Shown: positions 53,325 through 64,000 of the stretch, piece after piece | Layout of the letters: every line of letters starts with the position of its first letter | Position numbering within the stretch: the first letter of the stretch is position 1 | NCBI GenBank assembly: GCA_951406725.2 | Contig: OX597818.1 | Location: 89,342,001-89,406,000 of the forward strand | Direction of reading: 5' to 3' | Origin: Octopus vulgaris | Taxonomy: Eukaryota | Length of the DNA: 64,000 nucleotides | Program-made: the position numbers and the translations under genes | The notes under the pieces: generated by a model | What the model saw: only the letters and a program-made list of their open reading frames with translations | Databases searched by the model: none | Told to the model about the DNA's origin: nothing

Positions 53325-54613
53325 ATAGGTTGGTGCTTGTCGTGGACAGACTGGTGGGTGATGCGCAGACTTGCGCTATTCCCAACCGAACTATACACGA
53401 CAACCTCCCCTCACGCGATACATCATAGAGAAGGTTGGTAAAGAACCTGGCATGGGTGTGGCCCGGATCCATTTGGATCAATCGAAAGCTTTTGATGAGG
53501 CCGACTATCTGTACTTGGAGGGTGTTTTCCAGGCGGCTGGTTTCGGTCCTGTTTTCAGAGGCTGGGTCGCTGCAATATACAGCGACATCTGTTCGTTGAT
53601 CAAGGTAAATAGCCACCTCTCGGAATCGTTTAGTATCGCACGTTCGGACCGTCAAGGATGCCTACTCTCACTCCTTCTCTAAGTACCGGCACTCAAGCCA
53701 TTACTGCGGATGCAAGAGGTTTCGAGGGGAATCCTGCGTGAACTGGGATGCGGAAGGTTCATGTCGGCGTATACAGACGATGTCACCATTATAATGTCGG
53801 ACATCTGGGAAATCGAGATGGTCGGCACTACCCTAAGGGAATACGAAGCGGTGACAGGAACAATGATCAACCAGGAGAAGTCAGTGAATCTGCAGCTCAG
53901 CACCTGGAGAGGCAGGCCCGTGCCAACCGATATCGTTGTGGGGCGCTGGATGGAAGGACCTGTTAAGTTGTTCGAGCTCTACAGGCACGGGTAGGCAGTC
54001 AGTCGGGCTAGACCGAGATGCACGCAGTGCGATGAAACTGTTCTGCATGCTTTCGTACAGTGTTCGTGCATTGCTGACTTGTGGAGCTTTGTCGAACAGT
54101 TATTGTCACGTTTAGGACGGATCCGGCTACCGTCCGAATCTATTGTGAAGATCGCCCCGCCTTCTTCCTTTGGCCGGGAAGAGAGGACAATTTTTCTGTC
54201 TGTTGGCTATGGCAAAAGAGGTTGTGTGGTGGACGCGATTGAAAGGGTTGAAGACGGGTACCTACCTCTTTGGCCAAGGCCCCATTGACTTTTTCAGTTT
54301 CCACCTGAAAATGAAACTGAGGCTGGAGAGGGAGGTACTCTCACCCAGTAAGTTCGTTGAAAGGTGCGTGAATGTGGCAAGTATGGCCTGCATAAATGGA
54401 TCTCCTCTAAGTGTGCGCCTGCAGGCCGGATGGAAAGGGGAGGATGCCTTCATGGGGAGCCCTTGGTGTTAAGGGGTCCAAAGTGCGTGAGGTCTGTTTG
54501 GTCACCTTACGGTGGAATCCCACCCCACTCCATTGGGGAAGCATATTGTTAATTTAATCTGTTTGTTAATCGTTGTATTTGTTTGCTGTTTACACTCGGA
54601 TGGCCAATAAAGA

Positions 54614-54615
<2 letters not shown>
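53325..54615 (+). mobile_element. L1/Tx1-clade LINE remnant (RT, internal deletion, Zn knuckle, 3'UTR)
   Basis: LDQSKAFD, RQGCLLSLLL, SAYTDDVT, INQEKS, CTQCDETVLHAFVQC; AATAAA before (TAT)n. Confidence 0.85.
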
Positions 54616-54677
<62 letters not shown>

Positions 54678-55232
54678 GAGTGAGAGAGCAGTTCATGTCA
54701 TCGAAGTGACACTGGGGTAAAATATACGAAGCCCAATATACCCATCATGACTACTCGTCTGATAAGGGTACACCAGGCACATGCATCACAACCATATGTG
54801 CGCGACATGGTGATCTCATATCAAGACAAACAGCACATGACCTTGCAGGTGGGGGCCTAGTTAGAATTTTCTTCAGGTTGAGTAGCCCGTCCCGCTCAAA
54901 AGGTCCCTGAATAAGGGTTGTTTAAGGATGTTGAAAGAACCACCCATGTTTCCAGAGGTAAATTATTCAAACCCCAAAGAATCCCTCTCAACACATGGCT
55001 ATGATGCTCCCCCACTACTTCTGCTCATGATCAGAGATACACATATCGTCAGCCACTAAGAGACATGCTCAACTGGTTAAGGTCAAACAACTGACAAGCA
55101 AATCTGTGGTATTGAGCAGAATATTTGCTGTAGCCCATCTTTTATACCAAGACAAAATAATGTACATGATAACACTTCCAATCAGTTAAGATCAGAAGCC
55201 ATGAGAGCCACTGCCTGGTACTGCATCAGGGA
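54678..55232. mobile_element. ~555-bp non-coding element flanked on both sides by (TTA)n
   Basis: Sharp boundaries with (TTA)n tracts, higher GC than the flanks, no ORF. Confidence 0.45.
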
Positions 55233-55253
55233 ATTTATTATTATTACTATTAC

Positions 55254-55303
<50 letters not shown>

Positions 55304-55458
55304 TTACGTTCTGAGTTCAAATTCCGCCGAGGTCGACTTTGCCTTTCATCCTTTCGGGGCCGATAAAATAAATACCAGTGGAACACTGAGGTCTATGTAA
55401 TCGACTAGTCTTCTCCCCCAAAATTTCAAGGCCTTGTCTTCAGTAGAAAGGATTATTA

Positions 55459-55549
<91 letters not shown>

Positions 55550-56574
55550 CAGTAGTAGTAGTAGCGCGGCAAGCTAGCGGAATCGTTAGCATGTTGGGCG
55601 AAATCCTTAGTGGTATTTCGTCCGTCTTTACGTTCTGGGTTCAAATTCCACTAACGTCGACTTTGTCTTTCATCCCTCCGGGGTCGGTAAAATACGTACT
55701 AGTTGAACACTGGAGGTGGCAGTCAATTTAATCGACTTAGCTAGCCCCCTACCCTCAAATCTGCTGACCTTGTGCCAAAGTTTGAAACCATTAATGTATA
55801 AATAAAAAGGCAGCGAACTGGCAGAATCATTAGCGCACCGGGCCAAATGCTTAGCGGCATTTTGTCTGTCTTTCATCCTTTTGGGCTCGATAAAACTGTT
55901 GAGCACTGGGGTCGATGTAATCAACTTACCCCCTCCCCTGAAATTGCTGGCTTTGTGCCAAAATTTGAACCCATTGTTATTGTGTGAAAAATTAGCAATT
56001 ACCGTTGCCTTCTATTTCGTTGCTGAAATGCCATAAATTGTTGTAGTTTTTGACTGGTATATTAATGTCAGACTGATCTTATTCACAAAGAAATAACGTT
56101 CGCTATCTGAATAAGATAAAAACCACTATCTACGTTCATTCAAATTCAATATCATTCAATTTATAGTAGATATATTTAACATCAATAAAGGAATAATGCT
56201 CACTAGCTGAATAAGATAAACCACAATATTCATTCAAATTACGATGTCATTGAATTTAAAGTAGATATCTTTAACATTATCATGATCTATACTGCTGACA
56301 TTGAGCATAGATGTGTTACAGTCTTCTTATGCGGTTTTATTGATGTTGTAGGTAGTCACTGACCAACAACATTTGCCAAACTGGTTCAGATTTCTATGTT
56401 TATGGCATTTTAATTTAAATGCTAACCGTTTCGCTTATGTATGTCTTCAACGCCAATATGACAGATGTCAAATACATATCTTTGACACTCATCTTGTTGC
56501 CATTGAAATAGCTTAACCAAAGTTACTTTATTGTTCGAATACAAATTTTTCCGTTCAATGATAGCTTCGAAGTC

Positions 56575-57170
56575 AGCGACCTGGCAGAATCGTTTGCATG
56601 CCGGGCGAAATGCGTGACCATATTTCGTCTACCGTTACGTTCTTAGTTCAAATTCCGTCGAGGTCGACTTTGCCTTTCATCTTTTCGGGGTCGATAAATT
56701 AAGTACAAGTTACGCACTGGGATCGATATAATCGACTTAATCCCTTTGTCTGTCCTTGTTTGTCCACTCTGTGCTTAGCCCCTTGTGGGTAGTAAAGAAG
56801 TAGGTATTTCGTCTATCGCTACGTTCTGAGTTCAAATTCCGCCGAGGTCGACTTCGCCTTTCATCTTTTCGGGGTCGATAAATTAAGTACCAGTTACGCA
56901 CTGGGGTCGATGCAATCAACTTAATCCCTTTGTCCGTCCTTGTTTATCCCCTCTATATTTAGCCCCTTGAAGGCAATAAAGAAATAAGAATCGTTAGAAC
57001 GCCCGGCAAAATGCTTAACAACATTTCGTCCGTCTTTACGTTCTGAGGTTGACTTTGCCTTTCGTCTTTCAAGGTCGATAAAATAAGTACCGATTGAGCA
57101 GTGGGGTCGATCTAATCGACTTACTCCCATCCTCGAAATTTCTGGTGATATTCCAAAAATTTGAAATCAG
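56575..57170 (+). mobile_element. SINE family B multimer
   Basis: Three units; the second starts GGTATTTCGTCT after TAAAGAAGTA. Confidence 0.8.
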
Positions 57171-57284
57171 TATCCAGTAATCCTTCGCCATATTGCGGTT
57201 CATCTATCGCGGATTATTATTTAAGCTTACATCGATTACTTTATGGTGTCGTTTTGCATTTATAATAAAATAAATATACTCTCT

Positions 57285-57512
57285 CTTTATTCTTTTACTT
57301 GTTTCAGTCATTTGACTATGGCCATGCTGGAGCACCGCCTTTAGTCGATCGAGTAAATCGACCCCTGGACTTATTCTTTGTAAGCCTAGTACTTATTCTA
57401 TCGGTCTCTTTTGCCGAACCGCTAAATTACGGGGACGTAAACACACCAGCATCAGTTGTCAAGAGATGTTGGGGGGACAAACACAGACAGACAAACATAT
57501 ACACACATATAT

Positions 57513-57609
<97 letters not shown>

Positions 57610-57787
57610 AATATATACATATATACGACGGGCCTCTTTCAGTTTCCATCTACCAAATCCACTCACAAGGCTTTGGTCGGCCCGAGGCTATAGTAGAAGA
57701 CACTTGCCCAAGGTGCCGCACTGTGGGACTGAACCCGGGACCATGTGGTTCGTAAGCAAGCTACTTACCACATCCACTCCTACGCCT
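57285..57787 (-). mobile_element. SINE family A, full length, internal (AGAT)n
   Basis: Complete head and tail. Confidence 0.85.
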
Positions 57788-58031
57788 ATATATACAAATT
57801 ATAAGAATAATTAAAATAAATATACAGTACAATACTGTTTCTACTTCGCGGATTTTCACGTATCGCAGGAGTTTTGGGGAACATAACGTCCGCGGTAGTC
57901 GAGGGATTACTGCATATCACTTTGAAGACGGTGAGCTGGCAGGATCGTTAAGCACAATATGCTTTGTAGCATTTGGTTCGTCTTTACATTCTGGGTTCAA
58001 ATTCCGCCAAGATCGACTTTGTTTTCCATCT

Positions 58032-58592
58032 CTTTTTTTCGCCCTTCTCAAGCCTAGCCAGGCTCATGGGCCCAGTTTCCCAGTTTCTGTGGCGTGTGCG
58101 TTCTCCCCAGCTGAACGGGACGCCAGTCCATCCCAGCGTTACTCAAGAAACAGGAAGAGAGAGTGAGAGAAAATTGTAGCAAAAGAGTACAACAGGGGTC
58201 GCCACCACTCCCTGCTGGAGCCTTGTAGAGCTTTTAGGGTGTTTTCGCTCAATAAACACACACAACGCCCGGTCTGGGAATCGAAACCGCGATCCTCCGA
58301 CCGCGAGTTCGCTGCCCTAACCACTGGGCCATTGCGCCTCCACTTGCGCCCTTTTAAGGCCTAGCCTGGCTCATGGGCCCGGTTTCCCGGTTTCAATGGC
58401 GTATGTGTTCCCCAGCTGGACGGGACGCCAGTCCATCGCAGCATTACTCATTTTTACCAGCTGAGTGGACTGGAGCAACGTAAAATGAAGTGTTTTGCTC
58501 AAGAACACAAGGCGTCACCCGGTTCAGGAATTGAAACCACAATCTTACGATCATGATGCTGACACCCTAACCACTAAGCTACGCGCATCTAC
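58032..58592 (-). mobile_element. SINE D + SINE C dimer inserted in a SINE B
   Basis: Two tRNA heads (ending ~58590 and 58341) sharing one tail type; TTCCATCT duplicated at 58024-58031 and 58593-58600. Confidence 0.7.
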
Positions 58593-59792
58593 TTCCATCT
58601 TTTTAGAGGTTGATAAAATAAATACCAGTTCAGCACGAGTCGATGTTATCGTCTAATCTCCTCCTTCGAAATTTCTGATTAGTAGCCAAAAATTCAAAAC
58701 AATACATACCGCTTCTAAGACCGGTATGAATCGTTAGCACGCCAGGGAAAATGCTTGGCAGCATTTCGTCCGTCTTTACATTCTGAATTCAAATTCCGCC
58801 GAGATCGACTTTGCGTTTCATCTTTTTACGAGGTTTGATCAAATAAGTAGCAGTTGAGCACTGGGGGTAGGTATAATCGACTAAAACTCTTCCCTGAAAT
58901 TGCTGACCTTGTGCCTAAATTAGAAACTAAATTATACCGCTTCAGTGTCCATGGTCGTAGCTAATAAAGATAATTCACCATATCCTAAATCTCGATGACT
59001 TGCAAAGAGAATCAAACACCATTTTTATGTCTCCACCATCACCACCACCACCACCAACAGCGCAGTCCTGATATGAAACTCAGTTTTAATAATATCCTAT
59101 TAGAAAGTTTCTTTCAATTAATTCAATTTACAAACTGCTGCTTCTCAATTTATTCTTAAAATAAAGTTATTAACTAATTATGTAACTTGCTTTCCAGCAA
59201 TTTCACATTATCAGCTATTATTAATCTTTCGGTGAATTTAACAAGATTTTCTCATGCCGTTTTATCTGAACGGATCTGGCATGTTCAATATTTGCATGGA
59301 AAAGCTTGTATTTGAGAATCAAAAACGCCTCAGCACTAAGTGAGGACAAAAATAGGTGTTTCTTTTTACTTCTTTTACATCATTCAGAATTATTGAGCTA
59401 ACCATGTCATGGCTCCCGCTTGATTATTCAGCTTAAGGAGGTTTTTTTAACATCTTCGTCGCCATTTTGTCATTGTGTTTTAAAGATTCGAGTAGGGAGG
59501 CCCTTGTATGCTTTCCCCGATCCACTTCTGTAACTGTAATCAATATACACAGAACTATGCTAGTTGTGACAAGACAGTGGTTGATGTAATTTTCAGAAGC
59601 TAAAACTCAGAATGACTTAGCACAGAAGACAAATTCAATAATAGCTACGGCGATGATAATCGTTAAGTCTACGAAGTAAACACACACACAGACACACAGA
59701 CACACATACATATATACACATACACGCTCGAACATATATATATATATTAATATTGAGGTCTCTTTCTTTCTTTTGTTATCTTACCGTTTTAT

Positions 59793-59839
<47 letters not shown>

Positions 59840-59850
59840 CATATATATAT

Positions 59851-60221
59851 AGGCGCAGGAGTGGCTATGTGGTAAGTAGCTTGCTTAGCAGCCACATGGT
59901 TCCGGGTTCCCACTGCGTGGCACCTTGAGCAAGTGTCTTCTACTATAGCCTCGGGCCGATCAAAGCATTGTGAGTGGATTTGGTAGACGAAAACTGAAAG
60001 AAGCCCGTCGTATATATGTATATATATATATGTATGTGTCTGTGTTTGTCCCCCTAGCATTGCTTGACAACCGATGCTGGTGTGTTTACAAAAGAGACCG
60101 ATAGAATAAGTACTGGGCTTACAAAGAATAAGTCCTAGAGTCGATTTGCTCGACTAAAGGCGGTGCTCCAGCATGGCCGCAATCAAATGACTGAAACAAG
60201 TAAAAGAGTATAGAGTAAAGA

Positions 60222-60222
<1 letters not shown>
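59851..60222 (+). mobile_element. SINE family A, full length
   Basis: AGGCGCAGGAGTGGCTATGTGGTAAG...GGCGGTGCTCCAGCATGGCCGCAATCAAATGACTGAAACAAGTAAAAGAG. Confidence 0.9.
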
Positions 60223-60278
<56 letters not shown>

Positions 60279-60340
60279 AATAAATATATGCATACATACA
60301 TACATATATGTACGTACCTACATCTATATGTATATATACA

Positions 60341-60402
<62 letters not shown>

Positions 60403-60520
60403 TACAGGACACCACAAATAAACGTAGAGCACAACGAGAAACGAAAACATAAAAACAAACTAGGAAACGGACTTTTTTAACAACGAAAAAACAGAGTACA
60501 AGACAAACAATACTAGGAAT

Positions 60521-60585
60521 ATTCCCCTTCATCAGCTGTCCCTGGTTCGATTCAATGCGTGTTTCGAATGTAAGGACAGAACACG
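60521..60585 (-). ncRNA. Candidate non-circularly permuted hammerhead, copy 3
   Basis: CGTGT-T-CTGTCCTT / aCATTC-GAAA-CACG / 14 nt / AGGGACAG-CTGATGA-AGGGG. Confidence 0.65.
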
Positions 60586-60816
60586 ATCCGGGTCGAAACT
60601 GTCCTTCCTGCGAAAGAATTAAATAAAATTCTTTTGCAGAGGTGTAAAACAAGGAAAGGAAAAAAAAGTGACAAGAACAGGACGTAAAAGCAATACAAAT
60701 AAAAATACAGTACACATAAAGAACAAAAACAGGACAATGAAACCAACATTGAGGGCTTTTTTAAGCCTATATTCGTGCACACACTCACACACACACACAT
60801 ACATACATATGTGTGT

Positions 60817-60852
<36 letters not shown>

Positions 60853-61230
60853 GCAATCGTTATACCCTGTTAAACGTGGATGAATTATCAGAAATACCGT
60901 TTACTGCAGCATTCGCCTTGAAACGTCCTCTCGTATAGAAGTACGCTGCTAAGAGCATAGATATACATCGCCAGCAGATAAGAACCGTATTTCTGTCACT
61001 GGTTGCAAATGGCCAGCAGGCAAACTGTAAGATAGATATTAACAACGAAAGCAGTATCAATACAAAATGACAATTTTTATATCCGACTAAACGAGGAGGT
61101 AGTATTAGAATGCTGAATATTGAGGTTCGCCTTGAGAGGTCCGCTCTTACAGACGTATGGTACTTAGAGCGCAGATATGTATCGTTAGCAGACAAGGACG
61201 GCCAATCTTTTATAGAAAAAAGTGAATGGG

Positions 61231-61562
61231 GTACAGTGAACTTGCCGTGAGGAGTGGAACATCGAACGTTTCGGATTTAATCCTTCGTCAGGAGGCAGAG
61301 AAAAAGAGAAGAAAAAGAGAAAAAGTCAGTTTAGCAGTCAGCAGAGAAGGAAAAAGAAAGAAAAATCTTAAAAGTGTGGTGCAACTGTGAGTTGAGACGT
61401 TTAAGTGTAGGCATAGCGAGAAAGGCAGTTCGCAGAATTTAGTGGTTGGGTATAATAATCAGGCAATAATCTAGTAGTACAGTGAACTTGGCGTGAGGAG
61501 TGGAATGTTCAACGTTTCGGATTCAATTCTTCGTCAGGGGGCAGAGAAAAAGAGAAAAGTCA
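61231..61562 (-). repeat. Direct repeat (246-bp period), each copy carrying a minimal hammerhead (61260-61296, 61506-61542)
   Basis: CTGACGA-A-GGAT taa ATCC-GAAA-CGTTC on the minus strand; second copy degenerate. Confidence 0.7.
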
Positions 61563-62025
61563 TCTTTTACTCGCTTCAGTCAAAAGACTGCGTTCATGCT
61601 GGAGAGCCAGCTTGAAGAATTTTTAGTCAAATGAATATAAATCGACCCCAGTACCTTTTTTAAAAAAAATTGGCACTTATTCTATCTGTCTCGCTTGCTA
61701 TAAAACTAAGTTACGGGGACGTAAACACACCAGCAGCCGTTGTCAAGGCCTGTCAGGAAATCAACATCATCCAGAACCTCTGCATTCCTGTGTATCTCTG
61801 GTCGTGGTATAGCTTACAGACTCCAGAAATGTGATAATCTTGAGGGCTGACACTTTGAACACTTACGAGATTAACAGCGTGTCTTTTGTGTTGGAATAAA
61901 TGAGAAGCGTCAACCAACTTTTCCCTCATCCTGAATGCAAGGTCACTGTAGCCATGTAATGACACACCCGCCTTTCTCGGACGATTGACTATTCTTCTCC
62001 TTCTCTCCAGACTTTTCCTCTTTCT

Positions 62026-62256
62026 TATTTCTTTACTGCCCACAAGGGGCTACACACAGATGGGACAAACAAGGACAGACAAACGGATTAAGTCGATTAT
62101 ATCGACCCCAGTGCGTAACTGGTAATTATTTAATCGACCCCGAGAGGATGAAAGGCAAAGTTGACCTCGGCGGAATTTGAAATCAGAACGTAACGGCAGG
62201 CGAAATACGTCTACGCATTTCGTCCGGCGTGCTAACGTTTCTACCAGATCGCCGCC
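62026..62256 (-). mobile_element. SINE family B, full length, TSD TCTTTCT
   Basis: GGCGGCGATCTGGTAGAAACG head to CCCTTGTGGGCAGTAAAGAAAT tail. Confidence 0.85.
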
Positions 62257-62292
62257 TCTTTCTGACGAAGTCATGCTCGAAACGTCACACTT
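62257..62292 (+). ncRNA. Degenerate minimal hammerhead interrupted 5' by the SINE
   Basis: CTGACGAA-gtcatgctc-GAAA-CGTC; stems I and II poor. Confidence 0.35.
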
Positions 62293-62389
62293 CCTCTTCT
62301 TTCCATCTTAAACTGAGCATCAACCAAATACATTTCCTGTGTACATCCATTTGACTCTTGTTTTTGTTTTCATTATTGATTTACATGTG

Positions 62390-62450
<61 letters not shown>

Positions 62451-63141
62451 ACGTACGTACGTATGTATGTACTGACAAATACATGTTTATTGACAAAGGG
62501 GAGAACAGCTGGATATGTGCTGGATTCTAACAGATCTGATGCAACCTGCGTTACTCTGCGTGTGTGATAATTATTATTGCACTAAACAGCATGTATGGGT
62601 AATTTGAAATGTGTTCTGAGGCAAACATAACGTTTCTAGTGATCACTGCAAATGCTTGAACTAATATAAAACAAACACTTGTAGTTTCACATAAATTTCC
62701 TTTCCCCTTTTGCTCACATACATATCCTCACCTATTGTTATCTAGTATATTGTATGTTATATCGACCATCTTATTGCTTCCTTCTTACATTACATAGATA
62801 TGCAACCAATCATTAAAGCTTCTCATATATAATCCGTTTTGGGTTATTCAGTTGTTTTCTAAGATAAACCATCCATTTTATTACGTTTATCGTTCAGCCA
62901 TTAATCCTTTCAACTTGCGAGTACGCTTTAACGGGGCCGATTTCGTTTGAATTACTTATGGAAGATGCAGAAGAGGGTAACCAAATGGTTTTGTGCTTAC
63001 GGCTTGCTAAATAGCAAAAACAGCGTTATTTTTCGGCTGTAAACTCGCAGGTTCAAAAGATTAATGATGGACTAAAGATTATCTCGGTTGCAATTATAGA
63101 CATACGTCGACTTCTTTAATGATATTACTTCTATATGATTT

Positions 63142-63686
63142 ACGGAGATGTACTTGCATAGCAAGTGACCTGATCAGAGATCGTTTGCTAAAGCAAAAAC
63201 ACTTGCACCACACAAAAACCGTTAGATTCACTTCAACATTTAAATTTAATCTGTGTCAAAATATTTTCGTTTTCAAACTGCGACCTGTTCTCTGACAAAA
63301 TTCCGTGATGCAGCGAACAGGTCGCGGTTTCAAAGCGACGAAAATATTTTGACAAATTAAATTTAAATGTTGAAGTGAATCTAACGGCTTTTTGTGTGTT
63401 TCTTAAATATATCTTTACTGCCCACAAGTGTCTAAACACAGAGGGGACAAACAAGGACAGACAAAGGGATTAAATCGATTACATCGACCCCAGTGCGTAA
63501 CTGGTGCTTTATTTATCGACCCCGAAAGGATGAAAGGCAAAGTTGACCTCGGCGGAATTTGAACTCAGAACGTAACGGCAGACGAAATACGGCTGCGCAT
63601 TTCGGCTGGCGTGCTAACGTTTCTGCCAGCTCACCGCCTGTGTGTTTCTTAAATGGCTTACAAACACCTTGCACGCTGCAATTGTT
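63142..63686. mobile_element. Inverted-repeat element of the 337-575 family, interrupted by a SINE B
   Basis: Arms ~63209-63293 / ~63311-63398; same TACGGAGATGTACT terminus. Confidence 0.75.
63409..63638 (-). mobile_element. SINE family B, full length, 16-bp TSD
   Basis: TGTGTGTTTCTTAAAT at 63393-63408 and 63639-63654. Confidence 0.9.
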
Positions 63687-63889
63687 CTATATTATACTAC
63701 TGATATTTTTATGATCCTCCTCTTGCGTTATTTGCCAAATTTACTTTATTTCATTATATTTTTGTGAACTGTTCTGATAATGTCATCTTCATCACATACC
63801 CTTGTAACGAATAAAAGAAATCATTACTGAAATCATAAGCACACATGACAAAATGCGTTGTGGTATTTCTTCTGGTTCTTTAAGCAGAA

Positions 63890-64000
63890 AAGGCTGTGTG
63901 GTAAGTAGCTTGCTTACCAACCACATGGTTCTGGGTTCAATCCCACTGCGTAGTACCTTGGGTACCTTCTAATATAGCCTCGGGCTGACCAAAGCCTTGT
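63890..64000 (+). mobile_element. SINE family A head (runs off the window)
   Basis: GGCTGTGTGGTAAGTAGCTTGCTTACC...GGGTTCAATCCC. Confidence 0.8.

Noticed and set aside
60860-61200. Possible LINE remnant (PTKRGGSIRML) or the minus-strand 111-aa ORF
   Set aside because: Too few diagnostic residues to support either

Overview
AT-rich, microsatellite-saturated animal genomic DNA, intronic or intergenic. The repeat families look like those of octopus/cephalopods, which is my inference from memory and not verified. I found no credible host protein-coding gene; nearly all short ORFs in the track are microsatellite translations. The window is a mosaic of transposable elements: a near-intact 5'-truncated CR1-type LINE, fragments of CR1/L2, R4/Dong, RTE and L1/Tx1 LINEs, a rearranged Penelope-like element (PLE), Tigger/pogo, Tc1 and mariner transposons, hAT and foldback MITEs, two non-autonomous Helitrons and four tRNA-derived SINE families. 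The most notable signal is RNA-structural: about 15 hammerhead-ribozyme (HHR) motifs in small non-coding elements, many with inverted repeats. They include (i) three sequence-divergent copies of an HHR whose three strands occur in a non-circularly permuted order with covarying stems, (ii) an HHR with a G3:C8 swapped core, and (iii) a tRNA-headed SINE ending in an HHR. All pairings were worked out by eye and none is tested. Coordinates are hand-counted, and degenerate element boundaries are approximate.
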